41,030 bases of DNA from an uncultured virus (IMG/VR IMGVR_UViG_2124908030_000007) (lineage: Duplodnaviria; Heunggongvirae; Uroviricota; Caudoviricetes), in IMG/VR virus record IMGVR_UViG_2124908030_000007; one strand, 5' to 3'. The position numbers and the translations under genes are program-made. Numbering within the stretch: position 1 is the first letter of the stretch; the number at the start of each line of letters is the position of its first letter. The notes beneath the pieces were generated by a model that made no database searches, was not told the origin of the DNA, and saw only the letters and a list, made by a program, of their open reading frames with translations. Below, one piece after another: positions 39,165-41,030 of the stretch.

Positions 39165-40159
39165 TAGTGTAGCCCCGACTTGTCAGAAGCACTGTTGCTC
39201 ACACGGATGAACTCAGCGTTGTCTCTGGCCGTTGTGAGAGACTCTGAGCCACAATAGCTTGAAGCAGAGGCTAACCCTTCGGCGAGTTCAGAAACCTTGT
39301 CAGATACGCTCTCGCCGACCTCAACGGACTTCACACCTCCTTCTGAGACGCCAGACTTTGAATGGTCCTGTTGAGCCTCGCTCGATGCCATGCCTCGGAT
39401 GACGCCATCCATCGGAGCCTCTTGACAGCTAGCGAAGTATGAGCCAAGCATAGCTGCGTCTGCTCCTGCCATGATTGACTTTGCCACATCACCGGGAGTC
39501 TTCATGCCTCCATCAGCGATTAGATACTTGTCATCATCGTTCGCAGCGATACTTGCTTCATGGATTGCTGAAATTTGTGGCACTCCAACTCCTGTTTTCT
39601 TTCGAGTCGTACAGGCTCCACCCGGACCAACACCAATCTTCACAGTATCAGCGCCAGCATTGAACAAGTCATTCGCTCCGTCATACGTGGCAACATTACC
39701 AACAATAATGTCAGAATCTGTCTCGTCATCAACGTACTCAACCATATCGATACACTTCTCCAAGTGAGCGTGAGCAGTGTCAATACAAATAGCGTCCACT
39801 AGACTGAATTGTTCCATTGACTCAACACGCTTCTTTGACGAATCGGTGACACCGACTACCCCGACGACTGGACCATTATCAATACGACTAAGTTCTCGGA
39901 TGTGTTCTTCAATGTCCATGAATCGATGAAGAAATCCTGTTGCTCCTTCATCGTTCATGCTTTCTACCATGTTCCGGTCACAAACGCTATCCATTTGAGC
40001 AGCAATGACAGGCACATCAAGCTCAATAGACGGTGAGATTTTCATTGATAAATCAACGTCATCCCTACTGTCTACAGGTGATCTCTGTGGCTTAAGCATA
40101 ACGTCATCATACGTTAGCCACTCATCAGTACTACGAGGAAACGTGTCGTAACTTTTCAT
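39164..40159 (-). CDS. guaC: GMP reductase / IMP dehydrogenase family protein (no CBS domains), GMPR more likely
   Basis: LTYDDV.L.P, MDSV, LHRF, IDTAH, GNVAT, GVGPGGACTTR, IADGG, MLGS, RGMAS, SEG. Start is set to MKSYDT after the promoter. The guaC versus guaB call is inference. Confidence 0.75.
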   Translation of the reverse strand: MKSYDTFPRSTDEWLTYDDVMLKPQRSPVDSRDDVDLSMKISPSIELDVPVIAAQMDSVCDRNMVESMNDEGATGFLHRFMDIEEHIRELSRIDNGPVVGVVGVTDSSKKRVESMEQFSLVDAICIDTAHAHLEKCIDMVEYVDDETDSDIIVGNVATYDGANDLFNAGADTVKIGVGPGGACTTRKKTGVGVPQISAIHEASIAANDDDKYLIADGGMKTPGDVAKSIMAGADAAMLGSYFASCQEAPMDGVIRGMASSEAQQDHSKSGVSEGGVKSVEVGESVSDKVSELAEGLASASSYCGSESLTTARDNAEFIRVSNSASDKSGLH

Positions 40160-40280
40160 ACAAGTACAATACGTGTTACGTATATAAAAAGGTTTGGGAA
40201 GAACACAATACGATAAATTTCCTTCAAAGGCATTCTCCCCCTCTCCTACTCCTTGTTTAACCGCCACGGTCGCTACACAC

Positions 40281-40793
40281 TTAAAACTTTCGGGGATTGT
40301 TCGGACAATCAAAGTCACATTCTCTAGTGACTAGACTGAGTAACATCAGGTCCTCTTTAGCTGTCGGAATAGAGTCTCTAAGTCCGTATGTCGCTTTAGG
40401 TGTAGTCGATTCTGAAAACATCATTGACGTATCAGGAATGCTTTCAAGAGAAGCCTCTGAACCACAGAATGGACAGACAGCGTACTTTTGTTCTTCGTTG
40501 TAGATTTCTATATGTTTATCTCCCCAATGTAGTCTAGTCACAATTTCTTCTCTGAAGTGTGAAGCCACTTTAGAAGCTCGTCGCTCGATAAGCGTATCTT
40601 TTCCCGTTCTTTGAAGCTCTCTTTCTGAAAAAGATATTTCATAGACCATTTTTTCTCCATTTACTCTTTTAGAAACAGTTAATATTTCTCCTTTAATTGG
40701 ATCAACTCTACTTTTCACTCTTGCTTCTACGTCATGTTCACGTAACGCTTTTCTGAATCTCTCGGCAGAATCATCATTTGATGAATTTTTCAT
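40281..40793 (-). CDS. Hypothetical protein with CPFCG motif
   Basis: 170-aa ORF co-oriented with its neighbours. Confidence 0.6.
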   Translation of the reverse strand: MKNSSNDDSAERFRKALREHDVEARVKSRVDPIKGEILTVSKRVNGEKMVYEISFSERELQRTGKDTLIERRASKVASHFREEIVTRLHWGDKHIEIYNEEQKYAVCPFCGSEASLESIPDTSMMFSESTTPKATYGLRDSIPTAKEDLMLLSLVTRECDFDCPNNPRKF

Positions 40794-40796
40794 ACT

Positions 40797-41030
40797 TTAT
40801 GAATCACACTCGTTGTTATTAAAAGTTTCGAACACTGCTATTCTAGCATTACACGCGACAGTCGGATGATCTTCTACGTCGTGTGGTATTTTTCCAGATA
40901 TTGAGCCTGATCGGTCGCAATACTTACACCATAAGACAAAATCAAATTGAAGTCGTTCGTCAATGAATCTTGCATCGTTTGATCGTATGTATAGTTCATG
41001 ACCTTTATACTTAACTGGAAAGATGTTTCT
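40797..41030 (-). CDS. Hypothetical protein with CxxC (5'-partial)
   Basis: Open frame RNIFPVKY...WCKYCD...ECDS*. Confidence 0.5.
   Translation of the reverse strand, partial: RNIFPVKYKGHELYIRSNDARFIDERLQFDFVLWCKYCDRSGSISGKIPHDVEDHPTVACNARIAVFETFNNNECDS

Noticed and set aside
1..41030. CRISPR array, integrase/att site, DNA-modification cluster (e.g. PurZ or 7-deazaguanine genes)
   Set aside because: No regularly spaced repeats or recognisable motifs for these were found on reading.

Overview
This window is not contiguous. It is 14 contigs joined by 13 runs of exactly 20 N (1440-1459, 2775-2794, 4210-4229, 5286-5305, 7132-7151, 13215-13234, 20552-20571, 25469-25488, 28963-28982, 30125-30144, 31256-31275, 33561-33580, 37283-37302). 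The content is a haloarchaeal contractile-tailed virus (myovirus): strongly acidic proteins, archaeal BRE/TATA promoters, and a lower GC than typical haloarchaea by eye. The organisation recalls large HGTV-1-like haloviruses, but this is from memory and not verified. It carries a head module (prohead protease/scaffold polyprotein, decoration protein, HK97-fold major capsid protein), neck genes, sheath, tube, chaperone, tape measure, baseplate and tail fibres. It also carries a replication/nucleotide module (PolB, ThyX, dCTP deaminase, GMP reductase/IMPDH-family enzyme, HAD nucleotidase, nucleoside 2-deoxyribosyltransferase-like protein, PD-(D/E)XK nuclease, HNH endonuclease) and one tRNA-Val(TAC). 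Several genes occur as 2-3 divergent copies on different contigs, so the scaffold probably mixes related strains. The most notable items are: (1) a very large protease-scaffold polyprotein carrying a string of small domains (SH3/Tudor-like, DUF3140-like, DUF3721-like) separated by recurring E-[L/M]-[A/G/S] motifs, which may be processed into head-internal cargo; (2) a tail-fibre gene with a constant helical/Zn-binding N-terminus and three unrelated C-termini joined at the same point; (3) a nucleotide-pool remodelling gene cluster.
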